DNA of 64,000 bases, taken from Antedon mediterranea. Its lineage: Eukaryota; Animalia; Echinodermata. The stretch is from the NCBI RefSeq assembly GCF_964355755.1, contig NC_092670.1, positions 1,664,201 through 1,728,200 of the forward strand, read 5' to 3'. Under the pieces are notes generated by a model that had not been told where the DNA came from, did no database searches, and worked only from the letters and a program-made list of their open reading frames with translations. Positions within the stretch are counted from its first letter, which is position 1. Each line of letters begins with the position of its first letter. Shown one piece after another: positions 22,138 to 36,400 of this stretch. A program made the translations under genes and the position numbers.

Positions 22138-25100
22138 ATGTCCGTGAAGATGGAGTTTAACGATGTGATTTTAGTAATACTATTAGTATTTACACAACTG
22201 GAAAGTTCAACAGCGACGATGCACCAACAGCAGCCACAAACATCAAGAAGGCAACCCAACTTCGTCATTATGTACATGGATGACATAGGATGGGGCGATT
22301 TTGGAGCAAATTGGAATCCTTTATGTTCTTCTGACACTCCTTTTATGGACAATCTTGCAAAACAGGGGATGAGGTACGTAGTTGTTAACCGATATTTTAT
22401 TTATATTCCTTGATTCGGGACTCATGATCAACTGTTGCTGACCAGTTACTCCAATCTCTCTTTATAACAGTGTAACTCGGTCTGAGTGGTGCTATAGAAA
22501 GATATTATGGTTGTATCTCTTCAAATACAAAAATGCAACTTTCATTCAATTATAAAAATGGGGCTGCAGCTGAATTTTGAAGAAAAAAATCTTTACTTCA
22601 GCACTGTTATTTGTATTTGAATTTAGCAATAACACGAATCAGTTAGTATTCTTAGATTTACAGATTTCCATTCTGGCGCATCAGCATGCACGCCTTCAAG
22701 AGCTGCATTACTCACCGGTCGGTTAGGGAAGCGGACTGGGGTTACACAACTCTTTTTCACAAATTCAGTAGGAGGATTGCCATTAAACGAGACTACAATG
22801 GCGGAGAGTTTTAAGGACGCGGGTTACAGGACTGGCATGATTGGAAAATGGCATCTAGGAATGACTAAACCTTTTCAACCATACCACAGAGGTTAATTAG
22901 CATAAATAACTTTTTGAGCAGGAAAAAGTTTTACTCTTCTTGCTGCTTTGGCACCTTTGCCGACTTTCATAATAGAATCATCTATTTTAAAATAACAATA
23001 TAGGCCTAGTACTGTATGCAAATATAACCGTTTCATTTCATTTCATTTAGTATCAGTATAAGTATCATGGGACCCCAAAAGCAACAAAGTCACCATAACA
23101 TGATATAAACAGAAACTGTTTACAGAAAATTATTTTATAGGGTTCGATTATTATTATGGATTACCATATAGTAACGATGGGGGATGTGTTGATCAACCTG
23201 GCAAGAATATTCCTTCATGTCCACCTTGTCCCCGAGATCCTGACGACATTTCTGACGCTTACTGGACGACATCTGAAAAATATGGAAAGTCTAGTAAGCT
23301 TACTGAAAAATATTATCTCTTGTTAAATAGATTCAACTGGTTAAACAATGTAAATGCTGGTCAATTCAACTCAACCGTTCGTGTGTGCGTGTGTTTGTAT
23401 AATACAAATACAACAGATAAACCAAAAGGCCCACCAATCACTTTGAAACTATAAAGCAATTTCAAGCAAACAAATACACGTCATAATATTTTTATCATCA
23501 GTACACAGACAGAAAAGACGAGAATGCACAACAAACATATTTTTATATTTATTAGCTGATCAAAATCTTCGCTGTGATTCAACATCAGCTATTCCATTGT
23601 TTGAAAAAGACACTATTATTGCGCAACCAGTAAACTTACAGACTCTTTCTAGAAATTACGCCGAAAAAGCAACGGAATTCATCAAAAATAGGTATTTTTT
23701 TTATATAGGCCTTTCTATACTAGAATAGAAGACATTGTATGTTAATTTAGCCGTTTATTTTGATTTTTTTTTTAATAAGCACGTCATTATCATTGTTGCG
23801 GGGGTTTCGGTAAAAGTGAATAAATAGTTAAACTATATAACTACAATTTTTATGTTGGATGTTATTAATCCTTATTTTTCATGTTGTGGGGAACAATTAC
23901 GTCTCTTGAAACTAATTATGAATAAAACAAACACCGTGAGGTATAAATAATATTAAATTCAAGAAACGTTTTGTTTGACATTCAACAAGGCGGTCATTCT
24001 TAATATATATATTCTAAAATATACATTTTGTTTAATATTAATAACATTGTGGCTCACGGTGCAACGTCATTCAAGTATATTTGCTATCAATCCATCAATT
24101 TTGGTCATTCATATCATCAATACAAATAATTTGTTTAAACCCAAAAATATCCCAAACATTGGTACAATAACAACACTATATAGAAATAAGCTAGGCAGTG
24201 CTTCCACACAAACAATTCTCCGTCTATACATAAGAAACTAAATGTCGATCTATTGACATTAAAAAATAAATTGTAAACTTTCTTCACATTCTAATCTTTA
24301 TTTCATCTTTTAAACATGAAGCAAACAAACAAATGATGATCGACCATTTTTGCTGTACGTTGCTTTTACACACATGCATGTACCACTCCTGAACATGCCA
24401 GAGTTCACAAATTCATCCAAGTTCCGCGGGTCGTACGGTGATGCATTACGTGAGTTAGATAGCACTGTTCAGCAAATATACAACGCAGTGCAAGATGCTG
24501 GAGTGGAAGAGAATACACTCATTTGGGTAACAGGTATGTAAAGCTATGTCTCACTATCAAACTCATTTGACAAAAAAGTGTGATCTGCCAAAATATGATA
24601 GTGATATGCCCAAGTATGGTAGTAACATTATCGTGTCCATATATGGACGCATCACACACATAATTGTTTGTCACATAAATTGTGTAGACATAGCTTAAGT
24701 GGAACCAGTTTATGCCATAACATGCCTCATTAATACCCCTTTCACACCAAAACACCGGGCGTCAACTCCGGGGTGTCTCCGGAGTTTTGCTTTTGGTGAT
24801 GTCACGTGGTTAAATAATTCCCTATGTATATATATTACAGATGCATTGAAAGTTTTGTGGTTTTAAAATGACTCCCCTGCTTTGCTCCCTTGGTCCATTA
24901 TTTACAGACTGGGGTAAAAGAATATATGTTATTTATTATTAAGCACACTAATAAAAGAATATTTCGAGTGTTAGCCGACTATAAGAATCTAGAATGACGA
25001 CATAACAGGTCCGCGTCTGTACCCAATGAGCTTTGTGTAGTTTTCATTTTATCTTAGATTTGTCTGTTTACAGGGGACAATGGACCCTGGGAGTCGAAAT

Positions 25101-28100
25101 GTCAGTTTGGTGGCGATCCTGGTCCGTTTAAAGGGCGTTGGCAGAAGAAAAATGGTAAGAAAACAAGGCCATATAGATGGCTGCAGTCGCGTGCTCATTA
25201 GTGTTTACCGACCGACCGACCAACCTACCAACTGACCGAAATTACTGAACATGTTTAAAAATGTTGAAATGTTTAAAAACATTTATATTTTTTTTAATTT
25301 ACACGTGCGTAGCCTGTCACTTTTGACGTGCTCGTATAACGTAATTTCGAGTTGAAAGTAAGTCAAGAAAACAGAAATCAGGCAAAAAGAGTGCGCACTC
25401 ATGGCAATTTTGTAAACGCTTAAAATTGCCTGAAACGTACTCTTATTTCATCGAAAATAAATTTTGAAAATTTTAAGCGCACGTACGCATGCGTTACATG
25501 CGCTACGGACGTAATTGTATTGCCATATGATGATTTATGCCCTGAAATTTATGAGTAGGCCTACCAAATTTTATTTAATTGTGATTCATGGTTGTGAAGA
25601 TATGATTACAAACGTGATTTCGTTAAATCGTGCGTAGACCGCGTAATTTTTTATTGCGCACCGTGAAAACATAACCACATCGATTCCTGGCCATAAGGAA
25701 TATACTGTGAAAAATTGACTTAGCTAGGTTAAACTGATATCGAGATAAGGTCAGAAAGCGATAAATCGCATAGTGATACCGGACCGACAGACAGACAGAC
25801 AGACAGACCGACATAGTGAACTATAGAGTCGCGTCCACGCGACTAAAAATGTAATAGTCATGCAACAAAGAATGCATTTGAAGAGGATTAGACTGTAGGA
25901 CCACTTATGTCGTAGATTTGCATGTTTATTTTGCCACTGAAGCGTTGGAACTCAAGAATTGATCAGCATTGAGATCAGATCTTGATAATGATAATAGATA
26001 ACAATCATATTTTTGTAGGAGGAGGAAGTTCATCCAAAACAACAGTATGGGAGGGTGGACATCGAGAGCCATGCTTTGCATACTGGTTGAACCACATCAA
26101 GCCAAACACTCTATCAAACTCCATTCTCTCTGACATGGATATATTTCCAACTATAGCTGGCCTAGCTGGTATATCGTTGCCTAGCAATAGGAAGTATGAT
26201 GGGATTGATATTAGTAAGGTTTTGTTGAATGGTGAAGAAATCGAAAAACGTGTAAGTTTTCTTGAATTGAAATAAGAATGTTAGGCCTACTGTCCGAGTG
26301 ATGATTTTATGCCTAATATTCTGTAGATCTGATACCACATGCAAATGAGCAACTTTTGAATGCCATCGTGAGAATGTGTAAAACATATCACAATTATCGT
26401 GATACATAAAAACAATACAATACCTTGAAAAAAAATCTGAATCCAAATGATTAAATTACACAGAATTAATTTTGTTGTTAACGTTACCCAAAGTAACATT
26501 AAAAACATTTGACTAATCGTATTGTAATTTCTATTTTTTGATGATAGGTTCTTTTCCATCCAAATAGTAATCCAAACTTTCCGGAGAACATGGGTGAATT
26601 TGATGCTATCCGTTATAACCATTATAAGGCTGTATACAGGACAGGTTAGTTTGCCGAGGTACTGCGACCTGAGACTACACGGCGGGGCTTCCCCTATGCC
26701 TCCTACACGCAAGGGACGACTTAATTGATTAAGATTTTTTTTTCTCTCTTTTGCTATGGATATAATATTATGTCACCATGATATTCCGAAATAAAAAGAT
26801 AAATGAAAAATGAAATTGGCGCGCGATGGGACGACTTTGCCGGATCCCGTTTGCAAAATGGTTAAAGGTCTGACAACAAAGATGTTGGTTTAACATGTTG
26901 TCTACCCACCAACCAGAGTTCTTTGTTCAATTTTGGATCTGTTCAGTATGAATTACTGACAGCCATAGCATTGGAGACCGTACTATACTTGCCTTGTATT
27001 ACGGTTTAGAAAGCATGGTACAGTTCTATTATTCATCAAATTACACTTAGTTAGTCATTTCCAGAAGTAGTGACAAGTTCCTATTTGGAATTACATGTGT
27101 CTACCACCTCTGGTGGTAGGATAATAATACTTTTCAGAATGTTAGAAAGCATGTTTCTGTTCGAAACACCAAAAGGTAAATACTCTAAAATTAACAATTA
27201 GAAAAAAGACATTCGTACCTACATCCTTCTACAGGAGGTAAACAAATAGTTTCACTTTGGTTTGCTGAACGCACACTTGCCTCTAAATGCAAATACGTCA
27301 CAATGTAAATCGCGCTAACTATCCGCCTAAAAAATGTTATATGATTTTATATTCAAACATTAATTTTGTTCCTTATTTTTACAGTTTATACTTGTTATAC
27401 AATTTCAAATACCATTGCGTATAGCAAACATTTTAGCCCTCATTCTATCAACTTATTTTTTACATCAATTTCCTAGTAGTGCACGTCATTGCTTTATCTC
27501 TAAAGAATATCAGATAAAATGACGTCAGAGTTTATATTTAAATTATTGCCATCAGAGACAAGTTAATTCTAATACAAGTTTCATCTCAACGCATCAATAT
27601 CGTTATTAATTGACACTACAAATAATGAACGTTCTATTAATGTTTTTGCTTAAGTTTACACAACGATCAATGTGACGTCATCGGGTTTTTTCTTCTTCTC
27701 GCGGCTGTATAATCTGACTCAGTCAAAATACACCTTCATAATTTATATTAAGCATACGGGCAAATTGTTTTTTTTTTTCTTTTTTTTTTATTTTACGAAA
27801 ACCGTTATTATGTCATTTACTGTGTATTATTGTAGTAATGGCGTTGTAAATTACATCATCGTGGCGCGTAATTAAAAAACATAATATCATCATTATTTGC
27901 GCGTACAATTATTTGCTATTACTTAGGCTGACATTCGGAAGAATTTTAAATTACCTGTTTAAAGAGACAGTATCAGCTAAAATTTAAAGGGCCCAACTTA
28001 ATATCCGTTGAGATGAGCTGCAGTTCTTTTCAGGTTCGCTCCACTTATATTTTTAGGAATTCAACAGTTTGCGTTGCTCCATAAGCTTGTAAACAGTTTC

Positions 28101-28476
28101 GATCTTGCTGTAGCTTTTTATATCAGTTATATCAGTAAATTCAACTTGTATTTCCAGTTGGTGCCGATTTGAATATAAATTCTAGTTATCTTTTCCTTTG
28201 ACAGGTGGCTCTCCAAGTTGCGGAGGGGTCGAAGGTGAAATACGAACTCACAATCCACCCCTGATTTTTAACTTATTAAAAGACCCAGGTGAAGAGCTTC
28301 CGCTGGACCCAGATAGCCTTACATACAAGTATGTTCACACTCTTATTGAAGAAGCGCGGATACGAATGGAACACAACATTCTGCAAGATAATACGACAGT
28401 GGCCGATTTTTCCAGATCGCCAGATGCTATACCATGTTGTAATGCGGACCACGTGGCCTGCCGTTGTGAAAACTGA
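22138..28476 (+). CDS. ARSG: Arylsulfatase G-like lysosomal sulfatase, 9 coding exons
   Basis: Exons 22138-22373 (signal, [15 protein letters not shown]), 22656-22891 ([12 protein letters not shown] formylglycine motif, GKWHLG), 23141-23293 (GLPYSND), 23556-23691, 24322-24533 (HMHVP), 25074-25154 (DNGPW), 26019-26251 ([12 protein letters not shown]), 26548-26644 and 28205-28476 (ARSG-type end [12 protein letters not shown]). Confidence 0.88.
24542..24695. mobile_element. PIF/Harbinger-type MITE, copy 3
   Basis: TIRs AGCTATGTCT-CACTATCAAACT / TGTGTAGACATAGCT with TAA on both sides; begins a few nt after an ARSG donor site. Confidence 0.75.
25162..25849 (+). mobile_element. Longer Helentron/HINE (DINE-1-like) non-autonomous element
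   Basis: 5' AACAAGGCCATA; subterminal AGTCGCGTG complementary to the 3' CACGCGACT; internal (CCGA)n and (CAGA)n microsatellites; 3' hairpin AGTCGCGT-cc-ACGCGACT followed by AAAAA. Confidence 0.7.
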
Positions 28477-30484
28477 ATTTTAGACATGTCTTAGCTTCCT
28501 GGACCAATTTATTTTACTTTACTTTAATTTGATGTTCACATTTGGTAGTATTCGTCATATAAATGATGTTTTTGCGCATGTGTTTTATTTATCATCATCA
28601 GAGATCCTTGGTTTGTCCAATTAGAAAATAACAGGCCATGGTTTGTGAAAATATTCTGTCTTTCATAAGAATACTTTCCAAAGATGAACCTTTGTTAAAA
28701 ATATAAACCATCGTTTGTTAAAGACACCTATTTGTGAATTATTGTTTTTAGGATAAAATAGCTTCAGTTTGTCGCTTGGCGCCCCGTACTAAGCAATATA
28801 ATAAAGATGCAGGTGGAACAATGAAGAACACCTTCAAACATTCGTCTGTATATTACAGCGCTGCATCTTTTTAATTTAGATTAGATTTTTTAACGTGAAA
28901 CACGAGTAGAAGAGAATTATTATCCCCGCGGTAAAAACTACTTTGCTTTCAGCCGTTATTTCTAAGTACTAATACAGTGAATAGCTTAAGTAGGCAACTT
29001 AAATCTATTTCATTATTGAACGTCAACATTGCCGAACTCACTTTTCATACTTGATAGTTCATTTTGGATTATCTACACTACTTAAGAATGCCGATTCGCA
29101 TATGGCGATTTATAATTTTCAATGAAAACCATGTTGTAAGTGTATGAATAGACGAGTGTTGGTTTACACAGAATCGAGTCAACTTATATTCAATCCATTC
29201 AGCAATTTCATAATTATAATTATTATTTTGTTTTAATAATGCAAAACAGACATCAAGGTTGGCACATAGTAAATATTAATTATTTTTATTGGTAACACAA
29301 ATCTAATTAGGCAAACTGCGCATGCGTAGGGTGGTAAGGAGGCAATCTCGCATAGGGAAATTACAGTTTAAATAAAAAATAAATTTATACAAAATGCACT
29401 GTCCCTTTATACAATATATAAAAATAAATTGCTCAAGCAAACTTAATATTATATAAATATTATACCGGCTTGGTTCTTCTTCGTCTGCGCAAACATAGTG
29501 CGGTACCATAACGACTATAAACCTGCAATAGATCTAAACACTGCGCCATAGGGCCAGACAGGCAGACAGACAAGCATTTTCACAAGTGATGACGTTAATA
29601 ATGTAGTTTTTTTTACTTTCTTCTCTTAATACAGAAAAACACTATTATTATACCGCCGAGGTTATCGTCCGTATAAACTTTAACCATTAAATTCTATCAT
29701 TGATTCAGAAGGCCTAAATAGATTTTCCATAAGCAACAAAAGGATGAGTTCATACGGGCATCAAGGTCATTTTTACCGCATAACGATTATGTTTTTTTTA
29801 GTGAAACAGCCTATAAAGAGATTAATAACTTGTATATATTTCCCTTGGGCGATGTAATGGTTGAGTGTTCTTCTTGAAAGGTTAAATATACAATAAAATA
29901 TGACTGTTTCGCATTCCTCTCCGATATTACGTGTTGTTTAATGTTTAATAATGTTGTAGTATTTCTTCTATTTTATGGAAAGTCTGCATCAAATTCGTAA
30001 GATAGGCCTACTCAAAATGTTTAATGTTCTTTCTGACATGTAACAATTTTGTTTAAATAACGAATTCTGATGAAATGTCAATGTTTGCAGACCTACAGTA
30101 ACAGTAGCAGTAGTAAATGTTAGCACAATATTCCACTTAACTCTGTCCATCTGCACAAAAAAACTAGTTGCCTTTATTTCTATCCACTCCTAACAGCTGC
30201 TTTTTCATTATTTTTCTACATTAAGTAGTAAGTAGTATTCTCTCATTAGCAGAGTTTTCCAAAAGCTTGGTATATTTCCGGCTGTTTTACTTTTACCGTT
30301 TAGATTTATATTAGCTTTTTTGTTGGTTTTTTCAACTGAGATCCAGTCACTGATATCCACTGCATTTTCATTTTTTCAATAATATGCCTTTAGATTGATA
30401 CAATAAATAGTTAGATGTTTAAAGACGAATATCTCCTTGTATGCCTAGACCAAACTCTTGCAGGAAACATTGTACAATATTCCG

Positions 30485-33400
30485 TTATGATAAAAGTATT
30501 GAACTTGATGCCTCAGAAGAACTGCTAATAGACGCTACGTCGAGGTATATAGAATTCCTGAGACTACCAATATCTCTATTCATTGGTAGATCACAACTGT
30601 TGTAAACATCGGATCGTGTCGGTGGTGTTGGTACCCATTCTGCAGACAGTGATTTACGGGGCCGCAGAGGTGACGTCGGGCAAGGTGTATATCTGGCTGT
30701 AAATTTAATCATAAAGCACGATTAGTTTTCTAACTATTCATCTTACTAAAATGATAAGCAGCGCCAATATAAAGAAATGGCCATAACCAATTGATCTAAG
30801 GAAATGGCGTGACGTGAATCTACGCGCGCGTGAAAATACATCTGAGTTTCGATGTAAGTGTGCATGATGATACTAATTGTCTGTGTAAAGTTTGATTAGC
30901 AAACAAATCTTTTAAGATCCATTTTAAGTCTGCTACTTGGTACCGTCTGCTCTTTCCCACGTTTTATTTTTCCTAAATTGTCCTAATTCGTACATTGTGA
31001 ACTCAACGACACGACTAACTGGTGGAAAGTTCAACACAAACTTTAAACTATTTATTTGCAGATTAATAGGTACTCTTTAAAGACAAATCCCTTGAATTGA
31101 GTAAAGAAGAGTTAGGCCTAACTAAATGAGCAAATAGATAATGAAAGTTAATTACAGAAGAAAAATGTCGATTCAGCAACGTGAATGTTTTGAATGTTGT
31201 TTAAAATTCATGGCGTATATCTTATGACAAATGGAGAGGTTTAAACTGCATTAGTAAATGATAACAAAACAAATACTTGGTGTTTCATGTAGACCCAACT
31301 CAAGATCAATCTTTGGAATCCTGCTTTTTTAATATCAATTATTTATATTTTAAAATATCAACAAAATATTTCTTTAAAAAACTTTGAAAAGCTCTCGAAA
31401 AAATCCGTAAAAGCAGTAGCTGATATGATATAAACTACTTTAAAAATTTCAAAACGTTCGGCGTATTGCTTAAATGTATATTGTTTATATTGTTTCCATT
31501 ATTGTTCAATATAAAGAGAAGGAAAAAATGTTATATTGAAAATTAAATTGATAAATTACCTTTTGACAAAGTCGGTGAAGAGGTGTTTGATGAAACAGAC
31601 CAACCTTTATTCAATGGGCATCGCGCACCTCCCACCAGGCTACACGTGCTGCCGTGTTTGGTCATCGGACATGGTAGACCTTCAATCGATGATTTTACAC
31701 GTTGACAAGTTGAATTTGAGTCACATTTTATTTCAAAATATCCTAAAATAAAAGTAGAATGGTTTACGCATAATGTATGAGTACATTTATTTGGATATAA
31801 TATCTCATTCGCTTAAAGATCTCCCCCCAAAACATGAAAAATGAAGATTAATCAAACAAAAAGACTTTGAATCGGCCATTTCGTAGTTTTAATCAAGTTT
31901 CGTAGAAAAAAAACTAAAAAAATAATATTTTTTCTTATGCCTATATAAGGACAAAATAAATGGTTAAATTCAACCAAAATCCCATTGACTTCCAGTCAAT
32001 TCTACTATTTTGTCAGGTAAATAATTTATTTTTCGAACCAATTTCTGGTCAAAGTGAATAACTATTATGTGACATTAAAATGTGTGGCATATTCAACAGG
32101 GTTTCTTTTTCAGTGGAAACTATAATATCTTTAATTACGTTAATGCAATTTTTAATAGTTTTACATTTTTAACAGTATTTTTAACTTTTTATCTTGTATT
32201 TTTAATCTGTTATAATACTGCACGTTTTTAAATTGTTGCAATATTGATGTTTTAATCTACCAAGCAAAGTGATTTTCCATTTTTATGGACAAATACAATT
32301 TCTTGAATCTTCTTGAATCTTGAATTAATTAGTTAAAAGCATATTCTCTATTTGGTTCATAAAATGCGTAGTGACCGAAGATTGTAAAAAGGTACAAATT
32401 TGACGAAATAACAAAACAGACTCCAAAGGAAGTGAAACAATCATGTGACAATCATGTGATACAATCATGTGACAATCATGTGATACAATCATGTGACAAT
32501 CATGTGATACAATCATGTGATACATGTGATACTATCTTGAAGGGTAGCCTACTGTACAACAGTTCTTTAAAAGTAGTCAACAAACATGGCCACCAATAAT
32601 TCGAGCATTATTCTATAAAATTGGTGACGAAGATAATGATGCATGTTGTAAAATGCTGAAAAGGTCATGGCAATAACAATTTTCAAACAATAATTATAAA
32701 TTAAATTCATACATACATTTTGCAATTATAATAGTGGCAGCGAGGTCAACAGTATTAAGATTGTGACGATGATAATAATGACCATACATTTAGATTTAAA
32801 CTCCAAAAACTTACACATAACATAAACAAGTATATATAATTACTAACTGCAAATAATGCGATTCAAGATATACGGTAACATTACAGACCATACCACATGC
32901 CCGCATCATATATATAAGCAATTACCATATAAGGAGTGATAGAAGAGAAACCAACGAGCTGTTTATAATATTATTATATATCTTATATACTAATAAATTT
33001 CCCAAAATTGCATGTACCAATCAGATTCATTGATGCTCATAAAACTCAACACGAATGAGCAACAAAACATAATTAAAAACGAATCTTCGCAGTATAATCT
33101 TACCTGCGTCACTTCCAGAACTGTTAATGTGAAATCCTAATATGTTGTCATGTATGCGACAGCCGTAGATTCTTGATATTTCCCATCTAATGCAACATTT
33201 TGGCGGGTTGAGCGCCACGAGAGAAACACAATGGTCGCTAAGATGTAGGCTTAACTGATCGTCTGCTAAAGCAAACCCCTTCTTTGGGTAAACTAGATTA
33301 CTAACTGAAAAAACAGCATAAAATTGAGATCATCAGATTAAAATCAGAATTGGGAATTTCTTTTACAATGAACTTCATCTGAGGTGACTGCATACTTTAT

Positions 33401-36400
33401 GCATTCAAAAGCGCCTTGAGCACTTTTGGTGGCGAAGTGCGCTCTAGAAATCTGCATTATTATTGTATTATCTCCGAATGATAACAAAATAGAGATGTAC
33501 ACTTTATGTAATTATAATTCCAATGATAAAACAGTAGCCGTCTATACAGATATGGCCTGCAAGTTATTGTTATATTCACAAACACTAAACACATACTATG
33601 TTTTTATTAAGAAGAACGATCAAACTAATAATATTGGCAATGATAAGTAAAGTATATCAGTAAAATCATTTAACTCTGTTCACAAAATAAAAAATGTCCC
33701 AAGGTGCTCCCCGTAGTTATAAAATAATTAAAGTTCTACTCATCTAATTGAGTATGATACGTCATTATTTAGAGCCGAACACATTGAGTTTCTCAAACGT
33801 GTTAATTATACAAACACAGGCGAGTGTTGAGAATAATTGCACAATAAATGTTAAGTGTCCTTTCACGGCAAATGATGTCGTCAAGTACAACCTGATGTGA
33901 ATTAGTATCAATGGCCAAACACTTAAGGAACGTACAATAGAGTAACTCAGATGTTTTGATTCACAATGCAATATCCACGCCCCCTCCTATGGCCTCCAAT
34001 AAACTATATAATTATTATTTATATATTATACATAATTACTCTCTAACCTTTGTACCCTTTTATGTTGTGATTATTTTAAAATATACTAATAATAATTGTT
34101 TCCATTAAATTAGTCACTTTTAATGATTAATGGTTTTCAATTTGTATAGCGCAAAATACAAATAGTCTCTAAACAGAATGAAAGTGTTATTGTTTGGCCA
34201 TTTTTAGAAAATTTCCTTCAAAAAATATCCCTGTACTATATAAAGCAGGAAAAAGCCTAATAAACCGGACAAAGAAAACAGAAAAAAAGGTCAGAAAACA
34301 GCATCACAATGTTTCACTAACTTGTCAAGACAAAGCTAGCTATTTATTCACAAGTATCATAATGTGATGATGAGCATCTGAATATCCTGCCTATTTATTC
34401 ACAAATATCATAATGTGATGATGAGCATCTGAATATCCTGCCTATTTATTCACAAGTATCATAATGTGATGATGAGCATCTGACTATCCTGCCTATTTAT
34501 TCACAAGTATCATAATGTGATGATGAGCATCTGACTATCCTGCCTATTTATTCACAAGTATCATAATGTGATGATGAGCATCTGAATATCCTGCCTATTT
34601 ATTCACAAGTATCATAATGTGATGATGAGCATCTGAATATCCTGCCTATTTATTCACAAGTATCATAATGTGATGATGAGCATCTGAATATCCTGCCTAT
34701 TTATTCACAAGTATCATAATGTGATGATGAGCATCTGACTATCCTGCCTATTTATTCACAAGTATCATAATGTGATGATGAGCATCTGAATATCCTGCCT
34801 ATTTATTCACAAGTATCATAATGTGATGATGAGCATCTGAATATCCTGCCTATTTATTCACAAGTATCATAATGTGATGATGAGCATCTGAATATCCTGC
34901 CTATTTATTCACAAGTATCATAATGTGATGATGAGCATCTGACTATCCTGCCTATTTATTCACAAGTATCATAATGTGATGATGAGCATCTGAATATCCT
35001 GCCTATTTATTCACAAGTATCATAATGTGATGATGAGCATCTGACTATCCTGCCTATTTATTCACAAGTATCATAATGTGATGATGAGCATCTGAATATC
35101 CTGCCTATTTATTCACAAGTATCATAATGTGATGATGAGCATCTGAATATCCTGCCTATTTATTCACAAGTATCATAATGTGATGATGAGCATCTGAATA
35201 TCCTGCCTATTTATTCACAAGTATCATAATGTGATGATGAGCATCTGAATATCCTGCCTATTTATTCACAAGTATCATAATGTGATGATGAGCATCTGAA
35301 TATCCTGCCTATTTATTCACAAGTATCATAATGTGATGATGAGCATCTGACTATCCTGCCTATTTATTCACAAGTATCATAATGTGATGATGAGCATCTG
35401 AATATCCTGCCTATTTATTCACAAGTATCATAATGTGATGATGAGCATCTGAATATCCTGCCTATTTATTCACAAGTATCATAATGTGATGATGAGCATC
35501 TGAATATCCTGCCTATTTATTCACAAGTATCATAATGTGATGATGAGCATCTGAATATCCTGCCTATTTATTCACAAGTATCATAATGTGATGATGAGCA
35601 TCTGAATATCCTGCCTATTTATTCACAAGTATCATAATGTGATGATGAGCATCTGACTATCCTGCCTATTTATTCACAAGTATCATAATGTGATGATGAG
35701 CATCTGAATATCCTGCCTATTTATTCACAAGTATCATAATGTGATGATGAGCATCTGACTATCCTGCCTATTTATTCACAAGTATCATAATGTGATGATG
35801 AGCATCTGAATATCCTGCCTATTTATTCACAAGTATCATAATGTGATGATGAGCATCTGAATATCCTGCCTATTTATTCACAAGTATCATAATGTGATGA
35901 TGAGCATCTGAATATCCTGCCTAACATCAATGAATACAATGCAATGCACCTTTCTCTATTGGTTGTAATCCGCTCAGACCTGTTCCAAATATTCATAATT
36001 TATCTTCTCTTCCGTAAGAATAAAACAAATTGACAAGTGATCTTAAACTCGTTGATTTATAAACAAATACTCATTATTAAAGAAATGTTGTTTTTTTCAA
36101 ATAGGCTCTGACGTCATATTGGCGAGCGTTAATTTAGTCGTGCAGCACGCAAAAGCATTCATTCGTAACTATGATGTCATTGATAATGGGGCATATAAGT
36201 AAAACCCGATAATAAAAAATTATAATAAACTTACCACTATCAAAATGTGATTTAAATGTATTATGCCATTCGTCAATTTCTGATCGTATCCAAACACTTG
36301 TCGAACGCTTTTGAAAGAAAATAGTTTCTCCTTCTAAAATGACGGCCCAATAAAGTGTGGGCGATTTAGACTTTTTGTTATTCTCCAAAGTTCCTTTTTC

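Noticed and set aside
26645-26725. GC-rich stretch right after an ARSG donor as a structured ncRNA
   Set aside because: I could not build a convincing fold or assign a family. It is more likely a short retroelement 3' fragment.
34340-35923. CRISPR-like array or tandem box C/D snoRNA cluster (each unit has RTGATGA and CTGA)
   Set aside because: There are no unique spacers and no cas genes, and the context is eukaryotic. The C/D-like boxes are antisense to the host gene, lack terminal stems and show no guide diversity.
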